Of a DNA stretch of 64,000 nucleotides, positions 33,888-42,853 are shown piece by piece. The translations under genes were made by a program, and so were the position numbers. Positions within the stretch are counted from its first letter, which is position 1. The number at the start of each line of letters is the position of its first letter. The notes beneath the pieces are model-generated. The model saw nothing but the letters and a program-made list of their open reading frames with translations. It did not search any database and was not told the DNA's origin. The stretch is taken from contig DATEUJ010000022.1 of the NCBI GenBank assembly GCA_035283185.1, forward strand, positions 278 through 64,277, read 5' to 3'. The DNA comes from Anaerolineae bacterium (GTDB lineage: Bacteria; Chloroflexota; Anaerolineae; Fen-1058).

Positions 33888-34667
33888 ATGTCAGCCGAAG
33901 TTCTCACCTTGGCCGAACGCAAGCGCCTGCGGGCGAAAAAGATCAAGAAGCACGGCCTGATCAACATCGTCACGCACTGGTTCAACGCCGCCTCTTGGCT
34001 CGTCCTGCTGCTCACGGGCCTGGGCATTCTGGGCAGCCCCAGCTTGCGCATCATGCCGCAGGGCTACATCGACTTCATGCGGGAACTGTTCGGCGGCATC
34101 GGCGGGCTGGTCGAGACGCACAAAGTGTTCGGGATGATCTGGCTGCTCGTGATTACCTACAACGTGCTGTTGGGCTTCCGGCGCTACTTCGTGCCCTTCG
34201 CCGCGAAGCGCATGTTGCTCACCCAAGACGACGTCGAGTGGCTGAAGCGGAAGGGTTTGCAACTGCTCGGACGAAAGGTGACGCTGCCCCCGCAGGACGC
34301 CTACAACGCCGGCCAGAAACTGTACGGTTACGTCGCCGCGTTCGGCACGCTGACGATCGGCGTGACCGGGCTGATCATGACCTTCTCGCACATCTTCCCG
34401 CCGGAGATGCGCTGGATCGTGCAGTGGTCGCGGCCGCTCCATTTCGGCGCGGTCGGCATGGTCGTGGCCGGGCTGATTATTCACGTGTACATGGCGGCGT
34501 TCTTCCCGGAAGAGAAAGAGGCATTCTTCTCGATGTTCACCGGCGAGGTGAATGCACTGTACGCCCGCCTCCACCACAAGAAGTGGTACGACGACAAGAT
34601 GAGGGAAGAGCGCGAGTACGAGATGCACGTGCGGCTGGAAGAGATCGAAGCGCGCGATCAGTTATAA
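33888..34667 (+). CDS. Dihaem b-type cytochrome membrane subunit (FdnI/PhsC-like)
   Basis: KKHGLINIVTHWFNAASWLVLLLTGLGIL... and conserved His in TM helices (ETHKVFG, RPLHFGAV, IIHVYMA). Confidence 0.7.
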   Translation: MSAEVLTLAERKRLRAKKIKKHGLINIVTHWFNAASWLVLLLTGLGILGSPSLRIMPQGYIDFMRELFGGIGGLVETHKVFGMIWLLVITYNVLLGFRRYFVPFAAKRMLLTQDDVEWLKRKGLQLLGRKVTLPPQDAYNAGQKLYGYVAAFGTLTIGVTGLIMTFSHIFPPEMRWIVQWSRPLHFGAVGMVVAGLIIHVYMAAFFPEEKEAFFSMFTGEVNALYARLHHKKWYDDKMREEREYEMHVRLEEIEARDQL

Positions 34668-34675
34668 TCGCGTCC

Positions 34676-35704
34676 ATGCCCGCACGCCGTCCGAACTTCC
34701 TCTATCACCTCCATCCGCCGACGATCCCCGAACGCGAATCGCGTTTTCGTTACACCTTCGGGCTGGGCGGCATTTCGGTCTTCCTCTTCCTCGTGCTGAT
34801 CGTCACCGGCCTGTTATTGACTTTCTTTTACATCCCCACCCCCGGCGACGCCTTCGCCTCGATTGAAATCATCGCGTTCCAGGTTCCGTTCGGCTGGCTG
34901 ATACGCAACCTGCATTACTGGGCGGCGCAGGCGGCGGTGCTCGTCGTCGCATTGCACATGCTGCGTGTGATCCTCACCGGCGCGTACAAAGCGCCGAGGC
35001 GCGCCAACACTGTCATCGGTGTCGCCTTGCTCGCCGGCACGCTGCTGCTCGACTTCACGGGTTACGTGCTGCGCTGGGACGAGGGCACGCGCTGGGCGCT
35101 CGTCGTGGGGACGAATCTGGTCAAAGAGACGCCGTTGATCGGCGGCGCGCTGTACCAGATGATCGCTGGCGGAGCCGAGATCGGCGCGGCGACGACGATC
35201 CGCTTCTACGCCTGGCACATCCTGGGCTTGGCCGTGCCGGCGGTCATTCTGATCGGCTGGCACATCTTCAAAGTCCGGCGCGATGGGGGCATCGCGCACC
35301 GGCCGCGCGAAGGCGATCGCGCGCCGCGCATCGATCGCGCGCAACTGGTCAGGGTGGAGACGATAGCGATGCTGGTGGTGATGGCTGCGCTGCTCGGGCT
35401 GTCGATCTTGCTCCCTGCGCCTTTAGGCCCCATGGCCGACCTGCCAGCAGCGTCCGACAAGGCGCAGGCGCCGTGGTTCTTCCTGTGGGTGCAGGCGCTG
35501 CTGCGATATGTTCCGCCGGTATGGGCCGGAATCCTGCTTCCACTCGGGCTGCTGATCGTCTTGAGCCTGATTCCATACCTTATCGATCGCCGCAGCGAAG
35601 GAGCGGCGGAATGGTTCAACCGGCCGGGCCGCGTCGCGCAGGTGCTCACACTCCTGATGCTCGCCGGTCTCGTCGGATTGACGCTTGTGGAAATCGCGCA
35701 ATAA
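34676..35704 (+). CDS. Cytochrome b of a Rieske/cyt b (bc1/b6f-type) complex, b plus subunit-IV-like parts fused
   Basis: MPARRPNFLYHLHPPTIPE...FGWLIRNLHYWAAQAAVLVVALHMLRV...RFYAWHILGLAV...APWFFLWVQALLRY. The ORF-track start at 33995 is an upstream out-of-gene extension. Confidence 0.8.
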   Translation: MPARRPNFLYHLHPPTIPERESRFRYTFGLGGISVFLFLVLIVTGLLLTFFYIPTPGDAFASIEIIAFQVPFGWLIRNLHYWAAQAAVLVVALHMLRVILTGAYKAPRRANTVIGVALLAGTLLLDFTGYVLRWDEGTRWALVVGTNLVKETPLIGGALYQMIAGGAEIGAATTIRFYAWHILGLAVPAVILIGWHIFKVRRDGGIAHRPREGDRAPRIDRAQLVRVETIAMLVVMAALLGLSILLPAPLGPMADLPAASDKAQAPWFFLWVQALLRYVPPVWAGILLPLGLLIVLSLIPYLIDRRSEGAAEWFNRPGRVAQVLTLLMLAGLVGLTLVEIAQ

Positions 35705-35741
35705 ACTCCGTGTGTCCGCGCCTCCGTGGTTTGATCTTCCC

Positions 35742-37058
35742 ATGAAACCCGATCGCCGCCTCGTCTTTGCCGCACTCGCCCTGGCTATCGCCGTCGCCTT
35801 CGCGTTCGCGCGCCAGGTAACGATGCCAACTGCAAAATCGATCACGCCGACGCTCACCGGCCAGCCGGAGTTGTGCCTGACCTGCCACGACGGCATCGAA
35901 GAGATCAGCGCCTCGCATCCGCAGGACGCCTTCGGCTGCGTGATTTGCCACGGCGGAAACGCGCTCGCGCTCGACGCCGATCTGGCGCACGCCGGCATGC
36001 GCGGCGGCAAGAACCCCTCGGACTTCAGCGTGGTCGAAGCGTCGTGCGGCGGGTCGGAATGCCATTCGGGAAGCGCAGAGGATCAGCGCGATCACATTCA
36101 CCGCTCGACGACCAGCATCCAGGCGACCTATGCCGGCGCGATCGCACAGGTACGCCGGTCGTTCGGCGCGCAGCCCGACGGCGTCGCGCTCTACGGCGTG
36201 TACGCCGTCGGCGACGATCACGTGCGGTCGGCCTCGGCCGTGCCCAGCCTGGCCGAGTTCGATCCGGTCGCGTTGGGTGATCCCCAACCGGTCGTCGATT
36301 TTGCGGCAAATTGCATGCGCTGTCATCTGTTCGCCGAGCCGAGCGCGCAGCCGTATGGCTATCGCTCGACCGGCTGCGCAGCCTGCCACACGCCGTATGC
36401 GAGCGACGGGCGGTATCGCGGCGGCGATCCAGTCATCGACAAGACGCAGCCGGGGCATGCGGCGGCGCATCGCATGACGACCGCAATCCCTTACACGACT
36501 TGCAACGCCTGCCACAACCGAGGCAATTACTCGCTGCGGCAGATGGCGTTTCTGCCGCGCACGGATTTGCCGTCGTCGGGCGAACCGCTGCCCGAAGATC
36601 GCCTGCGCGACTACTACCAGCCCATCGGCCAGTTCACGCTGTGCGAGTGGAAGCTCGACTGCGTCGACTGCCACACCTCGAGCGAGGCGATGGGCGACGG
36701 CGATCTCTACAGCAGCAAGCTCGACATCCAATACATCCAGTGCAGGACGTGTCACGGCACGCTGACGGAACCGCCGACGACCGCGACCATCACCGACGCG
36801 AACGACGTCGAGCTGCGCCGGGCGCGCCTCAACGGCAACACCACGCTCCAGGTCGGCGATACAGTGCTGCTCACCGAGCGCGGGGAGAAGATGGGGGCGA
36901 TCCAACTCGTCGACGGTAAGCTCGTGCAGACGATGAAGGTCACGGGGGAGCAGCTTGAGATTCCGCTTGTGAAAGGCACGGCCTGCGAGCAGAAGCCTGA
37001 TGAACAAGAGTCACGTTATTGCCACGAGTGTCACGCTTATGAGCGGGATGGAAGTTAG
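35742..37058 (+). CDS. Multihaem c-type cytochrome (8 CxxCH plus one CxxxxCH)
   Basis: CLTCH, CVICH, CGGSECH, CMRCH, CAACH, CNACH, CVDCH, CRTCH, CHECH. N-terminal signal/anchor LVFAALALAIAVAFAFA. Confidence 0.8.
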   Translation: MKPDRRLVFAALALAIAVAFAFARQVTMPTAKSITPTLTGQPELCLTCHDGIEEISASHPQDAFGCVICHGGNALALDADLAHAGMRGGKNPSDFSVVEASCGGSECHSGSAEDQRDHIHRSTTSIQATYAGAIAQVRRSFGAQPDGVALYGVYAVGDDHVRSASAVPSLAEFDPVALGDPQPVVDFAANCMRCHLFAEPSAQPYGYRSTGCAACHTPYASDGRYRGGDPVIDKTQPGHAAAHRMTTAIPYTTCNACHNRGNYSLRQMAFLPRTDLPSSGEPLPEDRLRDYYQPIGQFTLCEWKLDCVDCHTSSEAMGDGDLYSSKLDIQYIQCRTCHGTLTEPPTTATITDANDVELRRARLNGNTTLQVGDTVLLTERGEKMGAIQLVDGKLVQTMKVTGEQLEIPLVKGTACEQKPDEQESRYCHECHAYERDGS

Positions 37059-37141
37059 AAGCTGGAAGTTGGGGGTTGGATAGCGTGCGTCCAAGAACAC
37101 AGGAGCCTCCAACCTCCAATCTCCAATCTCCAACCTCCAAC
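37046..37141. repeat. Heptamer-repeat hairpin (ggttgga word)
   Basis: ggatggaagttagaagctggaagttgggggttgga ... tccaacctccaatctccaatctccaacctccaac. Confidence 0.8.
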
Positions 37142-37585
37142 ATGGCTCGCCGTAACTTTCTCGCGCTGGCAGGTCGCGGCGCATTGTGGGCGACGCTCGG
37201 CGGGTCGGCCGTCGCGCTGGCCCGGTTCCTCAGCTTCGCCGAGCCGCAGCCATCCGTCGTCTACACGCTCGATACACCGGACGGATATCCGCCGGGCGCG
37301 TTCACGCCCGTAGCAGATGGCCGCGCATATCTTGGGCGCGACGAGCGCGGTCTGTACGCCGTCGTCGCGACCTGCACGCATCTGGGCTGTCTGGTCAAGC
37401 ACGCGGGCGGGGGCTTTGACTGCCCATGCCACGGCAGCCGTTTCGACGAGGCGGGAGGGGTCACCCAAGGTCCGGCTGCTCGACCGCTGCAGCGCGCTGC
37501 GCTGGCGCTCGACGCAGAAGGGCGAGTCGTCCTCGACCTGCGCCAGGCCGTGGGAGAAGACTTCCGTCTCAACGTGAACGGCTGA
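37142..37585 (+). CDS. Rieske [2Fe-2S] protein with Tat signal
   Basis: MARRNFLALAGRGALWATLGG. Cluster boxes CTHLGC and CPCHGS. Confidence 0.85.
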   Translation: MARRNFLALAGRGALWATLGGSAVALARFLSFAEPQPSVVYTLDTPDGYPPGAFTPVADGRAYLGRDERGLYAVVATCTHLGCLVKHAGGGFDCPCHGSRFDEAGGVTQGPAARPLQRAALALDAEGRVVLDLRQAVGEDFRLNVNG

Positions 37586-37662
37586 TGACGCTCGCGAGCA
37601 GAAAGTGGAACGGCGACCTCGACACGGTCGCCGTTCGCGTCTTTCACGCAAGAACGGCGCAT

Positions 37663-38214
37663 TCACGCCAAAGCACGAAGCGCAGTCTCAAAAACCTGGT
37701 AAGCCCGACGGTCGTACAGGCACACGATGACGCGCTCCAGCGTCGTTTCGCGAGCACGCAGATACTCGATAATGGCGGACAGAATGACGCGCGCCGCTTC
37801 CGCCATCGGATACCCGTACGCGCCGGTGCTGATCGCGGGGAAGGCGATGCTCTTCAAGCCCTGCTCGTCGGCCAGGCGCAGGCTATTGCGCACGGCGGAG
37901 GCAAGCAATTCGGCGGGTGAACCTTGCGAAGGCGCGAAGCGTGAAACCTTCGCAAGGTTATAGATCGGGCCAACGGTGTGAATGACGTGCCGCGCCTTGA
38001 GCCGGTAGCCTTTGGTGATCTTCGCCTCGCCGGTTGGGCAGCCATCGAGCGTGTGGCACTCGGCGAGCAGGTCGGGTCCGGCCGCGCGATGGATCGCGCC
38101 GTCGACGCCTCCCCCGCCCAGCAGCGAATTGTTCGCCGCGTTGACGATGGCATCCACGTCGAGCGTCGTGATGTCGGCCTGGAGTAGTTCGAGGGAGGTA
38201 TGGTTGATGAGCAT
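37663..38214 (-). CDS. Macro-domain protein (O-acetyl-ADP-ribose deacetylase/YmdB-like)
   Basis: ITTLDVDAIVNAANNSLLGGGGVDGAIHRAAGP...IAFPAISTGAYGYP. Confidence 0.85.
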   Translation of the reverse strand: MLINHTSLELLQADITTLDVDAIVNAANNSLLGGGGVDGAIHRAAGPDLLAECHTLDGCPTGEAKITKGYRLKARHVIHTVGPIYNLAKVSRFAPSQGSPAELLASAVRNSLRLADEQGLKSIAFPAISTGAYGYPMAEAARVILSAIIEYLRARETTLERVIVCLYDRRAYQVFETALRALA

Positions 38215-38289
38215 GGTTTTATCCTCTAAAACACACATGCCTCGAAGCAGGCTCTTCGAGGCATATGCAGTTTCCAGGCAGGCGATCCA

Positions 38290-39036
38290 TCAACCGTCGC
38301 GTGATCGTCGTTCTAATTCGGCGCGCAAGCGGACCAGTTCGGCTTCGGCCGCATCCGCGCGCTGGCGTTCGGCCTCGGCGCGTTGGTGTTCGGCCTCCGC
38401 CCGGCGACGCTCGGCTTCCTCGCCGGTCGGCAACAGCCTGCCCGCAGCGTCATGAAACCGCAGCCAGGTAGCCTGTATTCCCTCGTAGTCGCCTTCCCAT
38501 AATCCCAGCCAGACTTGAAACTGCTCACTCCATAGGTGGCCGCGCGCACTCGGTTGCAGCGGGACATAGCGCTGCTTCTCCAGTTGCCAGCCGAGCAGCT
38601 CACGAGTATCCGGATTGTAGCAAAAATATTCCGGCGTTTTGAATGTGCGCTCGTACAAATCTTTCTTCGTACCCAGATCTTCGGCGGCAGTGCTCGGCGA
38701 GAGCAGCTCCACGATCACGTCCGGCAGGCGGCCATCTTCTTCCCATGTGATCCATGCCGGCCGGTCGCGTGTGCCGTCCACATCCTTGACGACAAAAAAA
38801 TCTGGCCCTTTGTAGTCTTTGCTGCGGGCCTGCCTGAGGCTATAGTAGATAAACATGTTACCGCCCGCGAAAAAATCCGTCCGGCCGTGCCAGTGCTGGC
38901 GGGTGGAATCCACCAGCAGGTTGATCTGAATGCGATGCCAGTTGGTCTCCAAGGGAATCCCATCCTCGCCCGGCAGATCGATTTCGGGTATGTCCGGCAC
39001 GATGTAGCGTTCGACCACTTCGATCACGCGGCTCAT
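38290..39036 (-). CDS. Uma2-family (DUF820) endonuclease with charged Ala/Glu/Arg-rich C-terminal tail
   Basis: PDFFVVKDVDG...PDVIVELLSPSTAAEDLGTKKDLYER. Tail EEAERRRAEAEHQRAEAERQRADAAEAELVRLRAELERR. ATG 39036 preferred. Confidence 0.8.
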   Translation of the reverse strand: MSRVIEVVERYIVPDIPEIDLPGEDGIPLETNWHRIQINLLVDSTRQHWHGRTDFFAGGNMFIYYSLRQARSKDYKGPDFFVVKDVDGTRDRPAWITWEEDGRLPDVIVELLSPSTAAEDLGTKKDLYERTFKTPEYFCYNPDTRELLGWQLEKQRYVPLQPSARGHLWSEQFQVWLGLWEGDYEGIQATWLRFHDAAGRLLPTGEEAERRRAEAEHQRAEAERQRADAAEAELVRLRAELERRSRDG

Positions 39037-39112
39037 TACGCTATACCTCCAAAATGTACATTCATTATAACTTTCTCTCGGCGGGGGAGCAAATTCCAAT
39101 GACGCGGCGCGG

Positions 39113-39550
39113 CTATCGCAGCGCAGTCTGGATGGCGGGTGTAAGCCGTACGAGGAAATCATGAACCGGCTCCAGGCCCAGGCCCACGACAAACCAGATC
39201 GGCGCGTAGTCGAGACGGATGTAACCGTTCACGCTCCACCTGGACCACTTGGAGTAATCCCACGGGCACGAGCCGGTCAGCCTCTTCAGCAGCCAGCCGG
39301 CGAGATATTCGATGGCGAAGAAGCCGGTCATGTAGACGAGGCCGCGCAGCGGCCAGGGCCACGCGCGAATCGCGTCGTGGACAGGCTCGTAGAGGAAGAC
39401 GATCGAGCCGTACAGGGGAAACATCCACAGGTACGTCGTGCCTTTGAGCTTCCAATCGCTCACGCGCCCGCGCAGGCGGTCGCGCGTGGCGGTGAAGACA
39501 ATCTCGGCGCACCACCCGCCGAGGCCGTAGAGAATGAAGCGTATCCACAT
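39113..39550 (-). CDS. Small integral membrane protein (putative ABC-transporter type IV / CmpB-like family)
   Basis: MWIRFILYGLGGWCAEIVFTA... 4 predicted TM segments. Family assignment from memory. Confidence 0.55.
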   Translation of the reverse strand: MWIRFILYGLGGWCAEIVFTATRDRLRGRVSDWKLKGTTYLWMFPLYGSIVFLYEPVHDAIRAWPWPLRGLVYMTGFFAIEYLAGWLLKRLTGSCPWDYSKWSRWSVNGYIRLDYAPIWFVVGLGLEPVHDFLVRLTPAIQTALR

Positions 39551-39556
39551 GTTGTC

Positions 39557-39616
39557 AAGGGATGAAGGATGAGGGATGAAGAAACCTTCCGCCTTCATCC
39601 TTCATCCCTCATCCTT
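39557..39616. repeat. Heptamer-repeat hairpin (ggatgaa/ggatgag word)
   Basis: aagggatgaaggatgagggatgaag aaaccttccgc cttcatccttcatccctcatcctt. The right arm encodes the last residues (QRMRDEG*) of the 1077-aa protein. Confidence 0.8.
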
Positions 39617-42600
39617 TGTGCAATCGCTAGCGTCAGCATGAACACGAACGCCAGATCGACGACGAAGTACGCCGCGTCGACCAGCCCGTGCGCCAGGAAA
39701 TCGACCATCGACGCCATCAGGCCAATGGTCAGTGACCAGTTTTCAGTGTTCAGTGAACGGCGTGTCTCACGCAGCACGGAATACGCACTTCGCCAGAACG
39801 CGATCTGAATCCATACAAACGCCGCCAGACCCAGCAGTCCCAACCGCGCGCCGAAATCGAGAACGACGTTGTGCGGATGAGACAACCCGGGCTCCTGCCA
39901 GGCCTCAGGAAGCATATAGCGTCCGCGATAGGCATACAGGAAATTATCCGGCCCGACGCCGAGAACGGGATGCTCGCGGATCATATTCAGCGCGCTGCGC
40001 CACAGCGCGATGCGGAAGACCTGCGTGCCTCCGCCGCCGAGCAGCGCCTGGATGCGAGGCGAGTTGAAGAAGGGGATCGCCGCGATGGCACCCACGAGCA
40101 GAGCGCCCAGCGTGACCCATATCCATCGACCGCCTGCCAGCAGGCCGATAGCCAGGATCGACGCAGGTACGCCAAGGAATATCGCGCCGCGCGACTGGCT
40201 CAACACGATAGCCGCGATGATCGGGATCAGCGCCAGCCCGTACCACGTGCGCCTTCGACCTTTGCCGAGCAGCAGGAATGCCAGCGCGATCGGGAGCACT
40301 CGCCCCAGGAACAGCCCGACATTATTGGGCGATCCGTACACGCTGCGCAGACGGCGCGTGCCCTCCTCGGCGGTGATGAAATCCAGGTTGAAGGTGTACT
40401 CCACCAGCCCGATCGCGGCGACGAGCACGCCCGCCAACACCAGCGCGTCGATAATCCGCCATGTGGCGCTCCGGTCGAGTTTGCTCGAACGAAGCAGCGC
40501 ATAGAAAACGACCGGCTCAAGAATGATGATGCGCCATTCGCGGAGCGCGAATTCGAAATACGAGGCGGCGAACAGCGAGATCGTGCTGACGACGAAGAAG
40601 GCGAGCACGGCCCAGTCTAAAGACGTGAAGCGTGAGACGTGAAGCGTGAAGCGTGAAACGTGAAGCGTGAAGCGTGAAACGTAAAGCGTGAAACGTGAAG
40701 CGTGGGGCGTGATGCCCGGCCCTTGGCACTTGGCACTTTGCACGCTGCCGCGCCACTCGGCCAGCCGCCGCAACGCCCACGCGGCAGCGCACATGATCAG
40801 GGTCATTTCGGCCATCGACGAAAAGCGGTAGAACAGATTGGCCGGCAGCAGGTGGAAGGGCGCGAAGAAGGCGACGAGCATCAGCCCGAGGTCGAGCCGC
40901 AACAGGATTAGAACGAAGAGCGCCATGCCGCTGGCAAGCGTCAGTATCAGCCAGGGCGACAGGCTGAAGGCCCCCGCCGCTGCAAGCGTGATCAGCACGT
41001 TAGCCGGATCGCCCAGCCGCCGGTACGCCGATCCGGCTTCCGCTCCCCACGTCAGCCAGGCCGAGGTGTAGAAGACGAAGGCGGCAGAAGCCGTGATGAT
41101 GAGCTGGGTGGTGTGGTTCAAGCGTAAGTAGAGATTGGTAATTGCGTGGCCGAACGCGTCCCATGGCGCCCGTCGCGCGTTGCGAACCGCGCCGTAGGCC
41201 AGGATCAGCCCGATCGCGCCGAGAGCGATCATCGCCACGTCGAGCGCCGCTCGATCTTCCTCGCGCCCCACGCTCCAGCCGATGAGCGACCACTGGTTCC
41301 AGCCGCGCTCGGCAACCGCCTCGAGGGTATGCGGGCCGTCGCTCAAGCCAGTGGCGGCGGGAAGCGTCGTAACGTCGATCACACTCTTGTTCGGTGGGAT
41401 GAGCTGCATGAAGCTGCCGCGCCCGTCCTGCGGAAGCGCGTTCGCCGGCTGGCCGTCGACCGTCAGGTACAGGTTGGCGCGGTCGGCGGCGCGGCGCACG
41501 CGCAGCGCGATCGACGCGCCTTCAAACGGAAACGTGCTCGATTCGCCGGTCGCGCTCCAGTCCGCGCCCAGCTCGCCGAACTTCCAATCGCCCGTGAACG
41601 TCGCGAACGGGTTGGGCGCGTACTCGCCGCTGCCGGGTTGAACCGCCACAGACGAGGGATGATAGCCGAGGGCGGCGCGCGCGGCTTCGGAAGCAGCCTG
41701 CTTCACCGCGTCGAACACAGGCTCGGGCAGGCTGGAGGCATTGAGCAGCGCGAATCCCCAACGCGCCGCTTCGGCAGTTGGCAGGGGCTGCCAGTTCTCG
41801 ACGACCATCACGCCCATCCACGGCCACTCGTCGCGGGCGCGCCGCACCGCGTCTTGTATCCATTGCGCCTGCTGCTCCGGCGAGGCGCGCCCCCATATCG
41901 ACTGCGGGTGCGTGTTCCACCCGAGGTGGCTGGCCCACAGCGCCTTGCCCGCGTCGCCGTGCGCCTCCATCTCCTCGCGCAGCAGGAGGATGTGCGAGAA
42001 GTTCAGCGCGCTCGGATCGACGCGCCGATCGTCGGGGCCTGTCTCGAAGCCGTACGGCTTGCCGGCGGCGACGTCGAACAGGTCTTTCGCGCCGGCCTCG
42101 TACAACTTTCGCAAGAACAGCCAATCGGCCATGTTGGCCGGCGAGGTCTCGACCGTGGGCGCGAGTCCGGCGAGGATGATGATGGCATTCGGATCGACCT
42201 CGCGGATCGCGTCGCGCGCCTGCCTCAGCATTTCGGCGTAAGCGACCGGGTTGACCTCGCCGTTCCAGCGAGCGCCCAGGTTCGGCTCGTCCCAGATCTG
42301 ATAATAGTCGATGCGGTCGCCGTAACGTTGGGCGAACGCGCGGGCGAAGTTGGCAAAATCGAGGTTGGAGGTTGGAGGTTGGAGGTTGGAGATTGGAGAT
42401 TGGAGATTGGAAGTTGGATGCGACCACGACGGTGCGGTATCGAGGACAGCGATCAGGTTGAGCGGCGTCCCGTCGATGTGATTGTCCGGGATCGCATTCA
42501 CGATGCGATCCCGAGGCGCCCACTCGAACCGATCCGGCTCCGGCTGGATGTCTGCCCAGGCAAACGTCTGGCGAATCCAGTCCATGCCGGTCGAATCGAT

Positions 42601-42828
42601 GTGTGCGAGCGTGCGCCGCAGCGCGTCGGGGCCGTACTGCTCGAGCGCGACGTTGACGCCGACGGCGGGCCGGTTCGGGACGTAAGGCTCGATCGGCTCG
42701 GGGAAGCCAAACGTGACGCCGCGCGTGCGCTGGGCGTAATCCAGCGTGACCGCTGTTCCGATCAGGATAACCGCGCACAAGCCGACGAAACAGAGAATAG
42801 CGCGGGCGAAGTAACGGCGGGCGTCCAA
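39595..42828 (-). CDS. Large membrane protein: N-terminal glycoside-hydrolase-like (TIM-barrel) domain plus C-terminal O-antigen ligase/polymerase (Wzy_C)-like polytopic domain
   Basis: N-terminal part ...DWIRQTFAWADIQPEPDRFEW...YYQIWDEPNLG. C-terminal part ...AAIVLSQSRGAIFLGVPASILAIGLL with more than 10 TM segments. Contains two in-frame heptamer arrays. Confidence 0.7.
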   Translation of the reverse strand: MDARRYFARAILCFVGLCAVILIGTAVTLDYAQRTRGVTFGFPEPIEPYVPNRPAVGVNVALEQYGPDALRRTLAHIDSTGMDWIRQTFAWADIQPEPDRFEWAPRDRIVNAIPDNHIDGTPLNLIAVLDTAPSWSHPTSNLQSPISNLQPPTSNLDFANFARAFAQRYGDRIDYYQIWDEPNLGARWNGEVNPVAYAEMLRQARDAIREVDPNAIIILAGLAPTVETSPANMADWLFLRKLYEAGAKDLFDVAAGKPYGFETGPDDRRVDPSALNFSHILLLREEMEAHGDAGKALWASHLGWNTHPQSIWGRASPEQQAQWIQDAVRRARDEWPWMGVMVVENWQPLPTAEAARWGFALLNASSLPEPVFDAVKQAASEAARAALGYHPSSVAVQPGSGEYAPNPFATFTGDWKFGELGADWSATGESSTFPFEGASIALRVRRAADRANLYLTVDGQPANALPQDGRGSFMQLIPPNKSVIDVTTLPAATGLSDGPHTLEAVAERGWNQWSLIGWSVGREEDRAALDVAMIALGAIGLILAYGAVRNARRAPWDAFGHAITNLYLRLNHTTQLIITASAAFVFYTSAWLTWGAEAGSAYRRLGDPANVLITLAAAGAFSLSPWLILTLASGMALFVLILLRLDLGLMLVAFFAPFHLLPANLFYRFSSMAEMTLIMCAAAWALRRLAEWRGSVQSAKCQGPGITPHASRFTLYVSRFTLHVSRFTLHVSRFTSLDWAVLAFFVVSTISLFAASYFEFALREWRIIILEPVVFYALLRSSKLDRSATWRIIDALVLAGVLVAAIGLVEYTFNLDFITAEEGTRRLRSVYGSPNNVGLFLGRVLPIALAFLLLGKGRRRTWYGLALIPIIAAIVLSQSRGAIFLGVPASILAIGLLAGGRWIWVTLGALLVGAIAAIPFFNSPRIQALLGGGGTQVFRIALWRSALNMIREHPVLGVGPDNFLYAYRGRYMLPEAWQEPGLSHPHNVVLDFGARLGLLGLAAFVWIQIAFWRSAYSVLRETRRSLNTENWSLTIGLMASMVDFLAHGLVDAAYFVVDLAFVFMLTLAIAQRMRDEG
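40621..40713. repeat. Tandem heptamer array (gtgaagc/gtgaaac, about 12 units) inside a CDS
   Basis: agacgtgaagcgtgagacgtgaagcgtgaagcgtgaaacgtgaagcgtgaagcgtgaaacgtaaagcgtgaaacgtgaagcgtgg. Translated as HASRFTLYVSRFTLHVSRFTLHVSRFTS (7-aa period). Confidence 0.85.
42361..42418. repeat. Tandem heptamer array (ggttgga/gattgga, 8 units) inside a CDS
   Basis: gaggttggaggttggaggttggaggttggagattggagattggagattggaagttgga. Translated as PTSNLQSPISNLQPPTSNL. Confidence 0.85.
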
Positions 42829-42853
42829 TGGGGTAGTCGTCGAGCGGACGCAA

